Numbered from the stretch's first letter, positions 9,056-17,586 are shown. The stretch is DNA of 46,729 nt from an uncultured Methanosarcinales archaeon (GCA_964581965.1 CAZOPU010000001.1:1-46729); one strand, 5' to 3'. Notes: a model not told the origin generated them from the letters alone. Program-made: numbers and translations.

Positions 9056-9277
9056 ATGAACAGAGGAGCGATTTTGGGAGCGATAGGAATAGGATTTACG
9101 GTTTTCAGCGCATTTTTATTCATCATAATGAGCATATTATTCTTTTTTATTAATGTGTGGGTAATAAAATTTGGCGCTGGACTTGCAGGGTTCAAGGACC
9201 TTAATGGAAATTGGGTAATATTGTCAGCAGGAATAATGGCTGCCGCAAGCATACTTGCATCATCAATGAGAAAGTAA
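9056..9277 (+). CDS. Small membrane protein (73 aa, 2 TM)
   Basis: AGGAGG lies 7 nt upstream of ATG 9056. Two hydrophobic helices. The track ORF starts earlier at TTG 9032. Confidence 0.5.
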   Translation: MNRGAILGAIGIGFTVFSAFLFIIMSILFFFINVWVIKFGAGLAGFKDLNGNWVILSAGIMAAASILASSMRK

Positions 9278-9307
9278 ATTTCTATTTTTTTATTATTGAT
9301 ATTTTAT

Positions 9308-9444
9308 TTTTATTTTGTTTAGAATATTGGTAGCGGGGAGAAGATTTTCACGGACCAGTACGCCCGTCCACGCCCTTTGTGATTTCGCCTTGCTCAATCA
9401 CATATTTTATTTTGTTTAGAATATTGGTAGCGGGGAGAAGATTT
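9308..9444 (+). mobile_element. 57-nt core+hairpin element flanked by perfect 40-nt direct repeats of the tRNA-iMet 3' end plus flank
   Basis: 9308-9347 and 9405-9444 are identical (TTTATTTTGTTTAGAATATTGGTAGCGGGGAGAAGATTT). The insert 9348-9404 carries the core GGACCAGTACGCCCGTCCACGCC and hairpin TGTGATT-TCGCCTTGCTC-AATCACA. Confidence 0.7.
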
Positions 9445-9502
9445 GAACTTCCGACCTATGGGTTATGAGCCCATCGGGCACTCCTGGCTGCCCTACCCCG
9501 CT
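9425..9502 (-). tRNA. Initiator tRNA-Met (CAU), CCA encoded
   Basis: The reverse complement folds as a cloverleaf: acceptor AGCGGGG/CCCCGCU with A1:U72, anticodon stem AUGGG/CCCAU (three G-C pairs) with loop CUCAUAA, T-loop UUCAAAU, and genomic CCA at 9425-9427. These are hallmarks of the archaeal initiator. Confidence 0.9.
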
Positions 9503-9636
9503 ATGAAATACTGGAAAGAGAAGCAATTTATAAACTTTATCCAGAAATAAATCTATTTATCGTATGAAAAATAAAGTCAAAAATAAATATGTACGCTCTA
9601 AGAAAATATTATAAATAAATGCAGAAATAAAATAAA

Positions 9637-10116
9637 ATGAACACGGAAATAAGAAAAGCAAACTCCAAAGACATTGAATATATGATAAAGATACTAGAAA
9701 GTTCAGCCCATAAAAACCATGATGGTGCTGGAGAATATTATTTAAGAGATGAGTTTACAGATCCTAACTATGCATCAACATCCGGTCCTTACTACTCCAC
9801 TAATCTTTTCTTAAAAAATAATATATTGAACCTTAGAAAAAGACTCCGTAAACCATATACTACATACGTTCTGCTCTTAAAAAAAGAGATAATAGGATAC
9901 ATAATAATTGAGAATTATATGAATAGATACTGGGTAAATGATTTAGTGATTAAAAAGGAATATAGAAGATTTGGATATGGCAAAAAGCTTTTTAATCATG
10001 CTTTAAAGAACAAAAAAGAAGTATATTTGTGGGTAAATGATAAGAATCCGGGTAAAAAATTCTGGGAAAAACTAGGATTTAAAACAATTTTAACAGAAAG
10101 CATAATGAAAAAATAA
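9637..10116 (+). CDS. GNAT-family N-acetyltransferase
   Basis: 159 aa. Acetyl-CoA motif A-like RRFGYGKKLF, followed by the typical C-terminal FWEKLGFK. Confidence 0.8.
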   Translation: MNTEIRKANSKDIEYMIKILESSAHKNHDGAGEYYLRDEFTDPNYASTSGPYYSTNLFLKNNILNLRKRLRKPYTTYVLLLKKEIIGYIIIENYMNRYWVNDLVIKKEYRRFGYGKKLFNHALKNKKEVYLWVNDKNPGKKFWEKLGFKTILTESIMKK

Positions 10117-10137
10117 AATTAATTAAAAAAAGAAATT

Positions 10138-10368
10138 TTATCTCTTGCTTTTTTCTTTCCTTTCTACAATTTCTTTTGTAGGAGGATTTTTATTGAATCT
10201 CAGGAACTTTCCTATTTTTTCGTCGTCTTCCCTGTTTCTTTTTACCTGGTCTTCGCTAAGTTCAGGCATTGCTATATTTAATGTTCCTGGTTTTTCTGAA
10301 TGGAATTTTGAGTATCTCTCTTTTTTGGCACTTACTTTTTTCACCTTATTCTTATTCTTCTTACTCAT
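10138..10368 (-). CDS. Small lysine-rich basic protein (76 aa), function unknown
   Basis: ORF with strongly basic N- and C-termini. The antisense ORF is hydrophobic low-complexity, so this strand is preferred. Confidence 0.45.
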   Translation of the reverse strand: MSKKNKNKVKKVSAKKERYSKFHSEKPGTLNIAMPELSEDQVKRNREDDEKIGKFLRFNKNPPTKEIVERKEKSKR

Positions 10369-10446
10369 GTTATCACCTATTACACATTGTGACTTAATTA
10401 TTATTTATAATTTTTTTGATTGGACAGGGTAAGTTTTTAATAAGTA

Positions 10447-11400
10447 ATGGCTTTCATTGGTTGTATGGCTCTTCCTAAATTCAAAAGTAAGGCGTTTATG
10501 GCACCTATGGCAGGGATTACTAATCCTGCATTCAGACTGATGTGTGCAAATATGGGTGCTGGACTTGTATTCACAGAGCTTACAAGCATTCATGCAATAG
10601 ATGCAAAAGAAAAGCTGGGAAAGAAAGAACTTCTCCAGTTTATTCAATTCTCAGAGGAAGAAAGACCTGTTGGAATACAGCTTTTTGGAAATGACATAAA
10701 ATTGGTAAAAAAGTCTGCCGAGCTACTATATCCTTTCTTTGACATTATTGATTTTAATATAGGCTGCCCTGCACCTAATATAACTTCCCAGATGGCTGGA
10801 GCATCACTGCTTCAGAAGCCTGAGCACATGGAAAAACTTCTCTCTACATTGGTCTCTACCTCACAAAAACCTGTAAGCATAAAAATGAGGGCAGGTGTCG
10901 AAAAAAATAAGAAACTATTTTTGAGGATAGGAAAGGTAGCAGACGATGTGGGTGTGAGCATGATTACTCTCCATCCAAGGACTATTGAGCAGGGATATTC
11001 AGGAATATCAGATTGGACATTGATAAAGGAACTTAAAGAAAAAGTATCAGTTCCAGTGGTGGGAAACGGAGACATAAAATACCCTGAGGATGCAGAGAGA
11101 ATGCTTAGAGAAACTGGATGCGACTATGTGATGATTGGAAGGGCAGCTGTGGGAAATCCTGAAATATTCAGGCAGACAAATGATTTTCTTAAAAAAGGGA
11201 AATACACAAAGAGCTCTGATGAATGCAAGAAAAAAGAATTCATTAAATATGTTGGGCTTGCAGAGAGATTCAGGATAAAATTTTCAGACATAAAAAATCA
11301 GGCGATGTACTTCTCAAAAGGAGTTGAGGGAGGGGTGGAACTGAGAAAAAGAATATCCTCTGCAAATGAAATATCTTCATTAATTGAATTGTTCAGTTAA
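10447..11400 (+). CDS. dus: tRNA-dihydrouridine synthase (Dus family, FMN TIM barrel)
   Basis: FMAPMAGITNPAFR at the N-terminus, NIGCPAP with the catalytic Cys, and LHPRT later. These are canonical Dus motifs. Confidence 0.85.
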   Translation: MAFIGCMALPKFKSKAFMAPMAGITNPAFRLMCANMGAGLVFTELTSIHAIDAKEKLGKKELLQFIQFSEEERPVGIQLFGNDIKLVKKSAELLYPFFDIIDFNIGCPAPNITSQMAGASLLQKPEHMEKLLSTLVSTSQKPVSIKMRAGVEKNKKLFLRIGKVADDVGVSMITLHPRTIEQGYSGISDWTLIKELKEKVSVPVVGNGDIKYPEDAERMLRETGCDYVMIGRAAVGNPEIFRQTNDFLKKGKYTKSSDECKKKEFIKYVGLAERFRIKFSDIKNQAMYFSKGVEGGVELRKRISSANEISSLIELFS

Positions 11401-11430
11401 ATTATTAAATAAAAGGTTTCTTTTTAGATT

Positions 11431-12090
11431 ATGATAATAGCAGGAGTAGATGAAGCAGGAAGGGGACCAGTAATAGGTCCAATGGTTATGGCTATTTGTG
11501 CAGTTGACGAGAAAAAGCTTCATATTCTTGAAGAGCTTGGTGTTAAGGATTCAAAGCTTCTTTCTCCTAAAAAAAGAGAGGAAATATTCTCAGGAATAAA
11601 ATCTGTGTGTGATTACAGGATAATAATTCTTTCTCCGAGAGAAATAGATGATGCACTTAACGACAGGACTGTAAACCTAAACAGATTAGAGGGAAAAACA
11701 ATAGCGAAACTTATTAATGACATTGACTCTGACAAATGCATAATAGACTGCCCTTCCACAAACATAAAAGCATACACAGAATTCTTGAATTCAATGATAA
11801 AGAAAAATACTCAGCTTGTAGTAGAGCACAAGGCGGACCTTAATAATACAATAGTTGGTGCTGCAAGCATCCTCGCTAAAGTAACAAGGGACAAGGAGAT
11901 AGAAAAACTCCAGAAAATTGCAAAGCAGGATTTCGGCTCAGGATATCCTAGCGATCCAAGGACAGTGGAATTCTTAAAAAATAATTGGAATAAATTTGAT
12001 TTTTTCAGGACGTCATGGGCAACATACAAAAAAGTTGCAGGAATAGATGGAAAAGTTAAGACCGCGCAGAAAGGGCTTAATGAATATTGA
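11431..12090 (+). CDS. rnhB: Ribonuclease HII
   Basis: N-terminal IAGVDEAGRGPVIGPMV (DEDD catalytic motif), later ADLNNTIVGAASILAKV and GSGYPSD. Confidence 0.9.
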   Translation: MIIAGVDEAGRGPVIGPMVMAICAVDEKKLHILEELGVKDSKLLSPKKREEIFSGIKSVCDYRIIILSPREIDDALNDRTVNLNRLEGKTIAKLINDIDSDKCIIDCPSTNIKAYTEFLNSMIKKNTQLVVEHKADLNNTIVGAASILAKVTRDKEIEKLQKIAKQDFGSGYPSDPRTVEFLKNNWNKFDFFRTSWATYKKVAGIDGKVKTAQKGLNEY

Positions 12091-12166
12091 GATTATAAAA
12101 AGCTTTAACAATAGACAAATTTTTAAAGTTCCATGGGTTTTCTAGGGTATTATACGGGGGATTTTA

Positions 12167-13444
12167 ATGGAGCGAACACACATAAAGGATTTAGAAGAAG
12201 GAAAAGTTCTCATTAAAGGCTGGGCTCATGGAATTAGAGGCCAGAGCAAGGTAAAATTCCTTCAGATAAGGGATTTCACAGGAATAGTCCAATGTGTTGT
12301 TTTAGACGATAAGCTCTTTGACGAATTCTCCAAAATAACTCCTGAATCAGTTGTTGAAATAGAAGGAGAGGTAAAGCCTGCTAACGTAAAAAGCGAGGAA
12401 GTAACAATAACAAACAAGGAAATAGAAGTATCAATGCTTAAGGTGATTAATGTAGCAAAGCCTCTTCCTTTTCCAGTACTTAAAAAAGACGAGAAAATAA
12501 CTACAGAGCTCAGCAAGAGAATAGATTACAGGTTTGTAGACCTTCACAAGAGAGATGTGCAGGCGATATTCAAAGTTCAGGCCACAATCCTTAAGGCTTT
12601 CAGGGAGTTCATGGACCAGGAAAATGCACTTGAATGTGTTTTTCCAAGTATTATAGGAGCATCATCTGAGGGAGGAACAGAAGTTTTCCCAGTTCAGTAT
12701 TTTGAGAAAAAAGCACTCCTTTCCCAAAGTTGTCAGCTTTACAAGCAAATGCTCGCATGCTCCGTAGAAAAAGTTTACACAGTATTTACTGTATGGAGAG
12801 CAGAAAAGCACAATACTTTAAGACATTTAAATGAAAGCAGACAGTTTGACTTTGAAATGGCTTTTGCCGATGACAAGGTTGTCATGGACATTCTTGGAAG
12901 ATGCGTCCAGCACATAGTAAAAAGAGTAATGGAGCAAAATTCCGATGAGTTAAAGATTCTTGACGTGAATCTAAAAGTTCCCGGGGTAAAATACATTACA
13001 TTTCACGAAACAGTTGAGCTGATGAAAAAGCAAGGAATACACCTAGAAGAGCATGATTTAACAGGTGAGGCAGAGGAAAAACTAGGAGAATTATTCCCTG
13101 ATACAGTTGTATTTGTCCATGACTGGCCTCTTGAAGGAAAGCCATTCTACATAATGCCAAAAGGAGAGGAATTATCATATGGCTTTGATGCAATATACAA
13201 AGGAATGGAAATATCTTCAGGAGGACAGAGAATTCACCTTCCAGACTTGTTAACTGAGCGCCTAAAAGCAAAAGGACTCAATCCTGAAAACTTTGAATCA
13301 TACATAGATTCTTTCAGATACGGAGCACCCCATCATGGAGGATGGGGAATGGGAGTTGAAAGGCTAACAATGAAAATACTTAACATACAAAACATAAGAG
13401 AAGTCACATTGTTTCCAAGAGACAGGGATAGATTGACGCCATAA
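12167..13444 (+). CDS. aspS: Aspartyl-tRNA synthetase, archaeal type (class IIb)
   Basis: N-terminal OB fold (GWAHGIRGQSKVKFLQIRD), motif 2 WRAEKHNTLRHLNE, motif 3 GGWGMGVERL, C-terminal FPRDRDRLTP. AsnRS cannot be fully excluded by eye. Confidence 0.8.
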   Translation: MERTHIKDLEEGKVLIKGWAHGIRGQSKVKFLQIRDFTGIVQCVVLDDKLFDEFSKITPESVVEIEGEVKPANVKSEEVTITNKEIEVSMLKVINVAKPLPFPVLKKDEKITTELSKRIDYRFVDLHKRDVQAIFKVQATILKAFREFMDQENALECVFPSIIGASSEGGTEVFPVQYFEKKALLSQSCQLYKQMLACSVEKVYTVFTVWRAEKHNTLRHLNESRQFDFEMAFADDKVVMDILGRCVQHIVKRVMEQNSDELKILDVNLKVPGVKYITFHETVELMKKQGIHLEEHDLTGEAEEKLGELFPDTVVFVHDWPLEGKPFYIMPKGEELSYGFDAIYKGMEISSGGQRIHLPDLLTERLKAKGLNPENFESYIDSFRYGAPHHGGWGMGVERLTMKILNIQNIREVTLFPRDRDRLTP

Positions 13445-13549
13445 AATATTTTTTTGTTCTTTTAATTAATTCTGTTGATTGTGTCAGACGTAGGTTTAAC
13501 ATCAGTCAGAAAATTATTTAAACACACTTAATTATTAATATTCACAAAT

Positions 13550-14077
13550 ATGCAAAAAAGAACCACATTTCAAATTCGTTTTTTTTACATCCTCGTGCTA
13601 TTTGTGATAGGAATAGTATTATATGTCTTAAAAATTAGAGCAGAAATAAATAATCCTATATATTATCTGCTGGTTGTTTTGTTCCTTGTCACATTCATTC
13701 TTCTAATAATTTCTTTATTTATACCAAAAGACCCAAATCATTTGCCTTACAGAAAATACTATTTATTGAACAACATTAACAAACCTTACTCAATATTTGT
13801 AATTCTAGTTATTTTGTCATTTTTAGTGCCCTTTATAATTCTGCAATTGCCGTTTAAATATTCAAATGAAATATCTGTATCTTTTTTCGAAATGCTAATA
13901 GGCACCTCGCTTTTATACTCGGGAATTTGTGCCGTAAAAAACAAAGAAATTCCGGGCTATATTGTTTATTCATGGATGCAGAATAAAAGCGCGGAGCGAT
14001 TCGGAACAATATTTATAATAATTGGAAGTTTGTTGGCTATTGGCGGATTAATAAAATTACTTCTTCTATTAGTATAA
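13550..14077 (+). CDS. Integral membrane protein (175 aa, about 5 TM), unknown function
   Basis: Consistently hydrophobic helices. No motif recognised. Confidence 0.5.
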   Translation: MQKRTTFQIRFFYILVLFVIGIVLYVLKIRAEINNPIYYLLVVLFLVTFILLIISLFIPKDPNHLPYRKYYLLNNINKPYSIFVILVILSFLVPFIILQLPFKYSNEISVSFFEMLIGTSLLYSGICAVKNKEIPGYIVYSWMQNKSAERFGTIFIIIGSLLAIGGLIKLLLLLV

Positions 14078-14082
14078 TAAAG

Positions 14083-14222
14083 AAAGCGCTGCGGTCCCGG
14101 ACATTCTCAACTGCGGTTTCGGTGCCCGTGCCTTAGCTTCGCTACGTTACGCTGCGGTCCCGGACTCGCTCACGCAATGCGTTCGGAGCATTTGCTTCGC
14201 AAATATTTGAACCGGGAATTCC
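14083..14222 (-). repeat. Array of partial tRNA-Ser 3'-end copies separated by GC-rich hairpin inserts
   Basis: AAAGCGCTGCGGTCCCGGA (14083-14101) and ACGCTGCGGTCCCGGA (14149-14164) copy the tRNA acceptor/T-stem 3' strand. ATTTGAACCGGGAATTCC (14205-14222) copies the T-loop/variable arm found at 14253-14270. Inserts contain GCCCGT and TTCGC-loop hairpins. Confidence 0.65.
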
Positions 14223-14239
14223 TATTTAAGATTAAAAAG

Positions 14240-14322
14240 CGCTGCGGCCCGGATTTGAACCGGGAATTCCTTACGGAACTAGCTCTCAAGGCTAGCGCAC
14301 TACCAGGTTATGCGACCACAGC
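14240..14322 (-). tRNA. tRNA-Ser (UGA)
   Basis: Reverse complement: acceptor GCUGUGG/CCGCAGC, D-arm GCAU..GUGC, anticodon stem CUAGC/GCUAG with loop CUUGAGA (anticodon UGA), long variable arm UUCCGUAAGGAAUU, T-arm CCCGG-UUCAAAU-CCGGG, discriminator G. CCA is not encoded. Confidence 0.85.
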
Positions 14323-14398
14323 ATACTTTTGATTGTTTTGTCTAATCTGCTTGGGCGCGACCACTAAGCTTTGCTTAGGGTGTATGCGACCACAGCAT
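14309..14398 (-). repeat. 58-nt insert flanked by 16-nt direct repeats comprising tRNA-Ser positions 1-14 plus 2 upstream nt
   Basis: TATGCGACCACAGCAT occurs at 14309-14324 and 14383-14398. The insert 14325-14382 contains hairpin CTAAGC-TTT-GCTTAG, which shares the GCTTTGCT apex with the dispersed element. Confidence 0.6.
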
Positions 14399-14520
14399 TT
14401 ATTCATTCTCGAAATATCTTTCTTTTTTTAAAATTAACGTAAAATTAACACATTTATAATAAAGTCGGATAAATTAATCCAATAATGTATTACAAAACGC
14501 TAAAAGAAGCCATACTCTGC

Positions 14521-15024
14521 CTATGTTCCAATTCTTTGTATGTTGAGGAATTTTCTTATCTCGTGCTTTAGGTCTTCCTTGTCTTTTACAAGAACATCCT
14601 CGAAACTATCAACATAAGATTTGTAGAGGAATTTCTCTGCAAGCACCTTCATAAAATAATACATAGGTCTTGTTTCCCAATGCCCTTCGTAATCAGTTAT
14701 TATGAATGTATCGAATACAAAATGCGCTTCTCCTTTCATTGTTTTTATCTTAAGCTCTTTTTTTTCTATTATTACTTCTGTTAGTTTTTTGAGTGTCACG
14801 GTAAGCCTTATTTCTATCCTTACATAATCAGATATTCTCCTGAATGGCTGCAGCTTGAGGGTTATTTGTTTTCCGTCCTCGTAGACTTCCTCAAAATTCC
14901 ATATTTCCCTCTTGTCATATCTGTGCTCCTTGAACCATTTGTCTATTAATTTGTAAAGGTCCTGTACATCAATTAGCCCTCTGTAATCCAGGCCTTCTCC
15001 GAATGTTATTGCTCTTACTTCCAT
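14521..15024 (-). CDS. Hypothetical protein, paralogue of 15027-15548 (MinD operon)
   Basis: 167 aa, with its start 2 nt after the upstream stop. Shares Y.G..D...LYK.I..W....RYD, a central I.Y..IEI block and a C-terminal L.KD..DL..E..KF with its neighbour. Confidence 0.6.
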   Translation of the reverse strand: MEVRAITFGEGLDYRGLIDVQDLYKLIDKWFKEHRYDKREIWNFEEVYEDGKQITLKLQPFRRISDYVRIEIRLTVTLKKLTEVIIEKKELKIKTMKGEAHFVFDTFIITDYEGHWETRPMYYFMKVLAEKFLYKSYVDSFEDVLVKDKEDLKHEIRKFLNIQRIGT

Positions 15025-15026
15025 TT

Positions 15027-15548
15027 TCAGTACGCGTTAAACGCAGTCTCCATTTTCATGAATTTTTTCAATTCAAGATGTAAATCAAACATATCCTTAT
15101 ATAATTTTTCTATGTGATGAATCCTGTAGTATCTCCAGAATATTCTTTTTATAAGCCACTCAAGGAGTTTTTTTGAAAATGGAGAGGACTCAAAGCGGTC
15201 TTTGTAATCGAACCTTACAAGTCCGGTTATTTCTATCCAGAATTTTCCATCAGTAAGCATTCTTTTATGACCGTGTACAACAGACTCGAATTCCTTCACA
15301 TCATAGAACTTTGTTCTTATGTATATCTCATATTTTATGAAGCCGTCAATTTTTAGCTCTGGAGTCATTTCCCATTCAACTTCGTTTCCCCAAGGATTTG
15401 TGGATTTGTCCTTGTGGACTTTTTCCATGTAATCATACCTTCTATCATCCAGCCATCCGCGTATAGTTTTGTATATTCCATCAAGATCATATACTCCTTT
15501 GTATCTTATTTCTATTTCCTTTTCATACGCAGATATGGCGAGGCTCAT
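15027..15548 (-). CDS. Hypothetical protein, paralogue of 14521-15024 (MinD operon)
   Basis: 173 aa counted from ATG 15548; the track ORF begins at TTG 15560. Clear similarity to the downstream ORF. No known motif. Confidence 0.6.
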   Translation of the reverse strand: MSLAISAYEKEIEIRYKGVYDLDGIYKTIRGWLDDRRYDYMEKVHKDKSTNPWGNEVEWEMTPELKIDGFIKYEIYIRTKFYDVKEFESVVHGHKRMLTDGKFWIEITGLVRFDYKDRFESSPFSKKLLEWLIKRIFWRYYRIHHIEKLYKDMFDLHLELKKFMKMETAFNAY

Positions 15549-15612
15549 ACTTATGCACAATCCAGATTCCTTATAAATGTTTCTTAACTGTTAATTATAA
15601 ACTTCAGCAGGC

Positions 15613-16350
15613 TTATTTTTTAATCAAATCCTTATCTATTATAAGCGCGTCTATTATCTTTCTTGCAAGATCGAAGTATTCTTTTGATGCTTTTCTGTTT
15701 GGGTAAAGCTCTATGAATGGCTGCTTTAAATGAATTGATTTTTCAAAGCGGTCATCATGAGGTATTTTGCTTAGAACAGGCATTTCAAGGTAATTGTAAA
15801 TATTTTCTGAAGGTATAGTATAATTATTTTCTTTATATTTTGTTACGACAAGACCCATTACTGGTTTTTTCATCCTTTTGGAGAATTCTATTAGTCTTTT
15901 TGCATCCATTATGGATGTTTTATCTGGATTTGTCACAATAAGTATAGAGTCTGAAAGATTAATCAACTGGGATGTTTCCCTTCCAAGTCCCGGGGAGCCG
16001 TCTATTATTACATAATCTGCAAAAAAATGAAGGTCCTGAAGGCTGCTCTTTAGCTTGTCGAAATCTACAAGTCTCATGCTGTCCACAGATATATCTGCAG
16101 GAATTATCTTTAATCCTGTGCTGTTTCTGTATATAGCGTTTTGTATTGGCTCGCCTGAGTGCATTACATCGTGGATTGTTTTAGGAAAATATGTATTTCC
16201 CAGATGCATAGAAAGATTAGGCGAGCTCAGATTTCCATCAATAACTACTACGTCTGCGCCTAGTTTATGAAGAGCTAGCCCTAAATTTATTGCGCTAGTA
16301 GTTTTGCCTACTCCTCCTTTTCCGCTAAGAACCGATATGAATCTTGCCAT
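15613..16350 (-). CDS. minD: MinD/ParA-family P-loop ATPase
   Basis: Deviant Walker A SGKGGVGKTT at the N-terminus, Walker B-like YVIIDGSPG. Size of 245 aa is typical of archaeal MinD-like proteins. Confidence 0.85.
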   Translation of the reverse strand: MARFISVLSGKGGVGKTTSAINLGLALHKLGADVVVIDGNLSSPNLSMHLGNTYFPKTIHDVMHSGEPIQNAIYRNSTGLKIIPADISVDSMRLVDFDKLKSSLQDLHFFADYVIIDGSPGLGRETSQLINLSDSILIVTNPDKTSIMDAKRLIEFSKRMKKPVMGLVVTKYKENNYTIPSENIYNYLEMPVLSKIPHDDRFEKSIHLKQPFIELYPNRKASKEYFDLARKIIDALIIDKDLIKK

Positions 16351-16497
16351 CTTCCCCTTTTTATAACCTAATATATTTCTACTATTTAAAGCTATCTTTC
16401 AGCATATATATCAATTAAGTCGTATTTATGCTACGCAGCTTTTCTAAATGGTTAAATAAATAAAAGATTTAAATAAGAACAGCAACACATTAAAGAT

Positions 16498-17586
16498 ATG
16501 AGAGGAAAGGTTAAGTTTTCAGGAATTCTTATTTTACTTTTTATTGCAGCATTTGCACTATCTTTATTTGCATCAGCCCAGGAAGAAGTTATGATGGAAG
16601 ATGATAACGATGGGGATGGTGTTGTAAATGGTATGGATATGTGTCCGGGTACAAATCCTGAGGAGGGACTTCCAATAATGATTAAGGACAAGACCTATTT
16701 GGGATGTGCCTGCTCTCAGATTTATGAAGAAACGGGTGATAATTATTGTTTTGACATTTTCTGCTCTTCAAACCGTCCTCTCTTGATAGAAGAAAGGATG
16801 TATTCATCAAGGGAAACTAATTGCTCAAATGACTATTGCTTGAATTCTACTCTTTATGATTTCCCCGCAAATACTCAAGTGCTGTGTGTAGGTGGAAAAG
16901 AGAGGCAGTTTGATTGTACTCCTAAGGTAATAGAGGGCTCAGAGGAATGTGTTAATGGAACTATAAGGCAATATGAATGGGGCTCCAAGAAAGAGGACAA
17001 AGGAGATGTTCTCCCTGTTCTACTTGACGATTATGAAAAACTAAGGCTTAGGGCGTACGGTATTTCGCAGGACGTGACAATAAGAACATCTTTGGGCATA
17101 TCCGGAGAGGAAGTTTTTGCAAGGCAGGAAGAAAAAACAATGAACTCATTAAAAATAGACAAGCATCTTGCCACAGAAAAAAAGGAGTTGGCTGCGAAAG
17201 AAATGACTATATATTTCAAAAAAATAACTATAACTCCAAACAAGTATATTACATTAAAGGATGTTTATGTTTTCGAAGAGCTTCCCAGGGAATCAGAGGT
17301 AAAACTTAAAGATATAATCTCTGAGAGCGAAATAATTTTTCAGGAGGAAAGTCCTGCACTTATTGTTTGGAAATTAGATAAAATATCTGGCCCTGTGGAA
17401 ATATCTTATCAGGTAAATAAGCCTTTGCAGGGAGAATCAAACACTCTTATAATTGCAAAAGAGGTAATTAACAGGAAATGGATGTTGGGGCTAATTCCTC
17501 TGGCGATGATAATAGTTTTCATAATAATATTCATGCATGTGTCTGCAAAGTCAGTCCCTAGAAGAAAGAAAATATTCAAGGATTAA
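16498..17586 (+). CDS. Secreted Cys-rich protein with thrombospondin type-3-like Ca-binding repeat and C-terminal TM anchor
   Basis: N-terminal signal peptide (ILILLFIAAFALSLFASA), DDNDGDGVVNGMDMCPG, many Cys, and a C-terminal TM (LGLIPLAMIIVFIIIFM) followed by a basic tail. Confidence 0.6.
   Translation: MRGKVKFSGILILLFIAAFALSLFASAQEEVMMEDDNDGDGVVNGMDMCPGTNPEEGLPIMIKDKTYLGCACSQIYEETGDNYCFDIFCSSNRPLLIEERMYSSRETNCSNDYCLNSTLYDFPANTQVLCVGGKERQFDCTPKVIEGSEECVNGTIRQYEWGSKKEDKGDVLPVLLDDYEKLRLRAYGISQDVTIRTSLGISGEEVFARQEEKTMNSLKIDKHLATEKKELAAKEMTIYFKKITITPNKYITLKDVYVFEELPRESEVKLKDIISESEIIFQEESPALIVWKLDKISGPVEISYQVNKPLQGESNTLIIAKEVINRKWMLGLIPLAMIIVFIIIFMHVSAKSVPRRKKIFKD

Noticed and set aside
9308-9347. 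Split or permuted tRNA halves as an explanation for the duplicated tRNA 3' ends
   Set aside because: Intact full-length tRNA genes lie adjacent. The same core element also duplicates the 3' ends of two protein-coding genes and RNase P RNA, which split-tRNA biology does not explain.
10145-10647. Plus-strand ORF 10145-10432 and the Cys/His-rich minus-strand ORF 10405-10647
   Set aside because: The first is the hydrophobic mirror of a Lys/Glu-rich gene. The second overlaps the well-supported dus 5' end in antisense, and its Cys/His residues form no regular zinc-finger spacing.
13475-13525. Half C/D-box-like pattern on the minus strand (CUGAUGU, 11 nt, CUGA) downstream of aspS
   Set aside because: Only one box pair is present, with no C'/D' set and no terminal stem, and the context is AT-rich. 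This is insufficient for an sRNA call.
14083-14270. Possible CRISPR-like array (short repeats with spacers) downstream of tRNA-Ser
   Set aside because: The repeats are fragments of the adjacent tRNA gene. They are of unequal length and irregular spacing, and no cas genes or leader are present.
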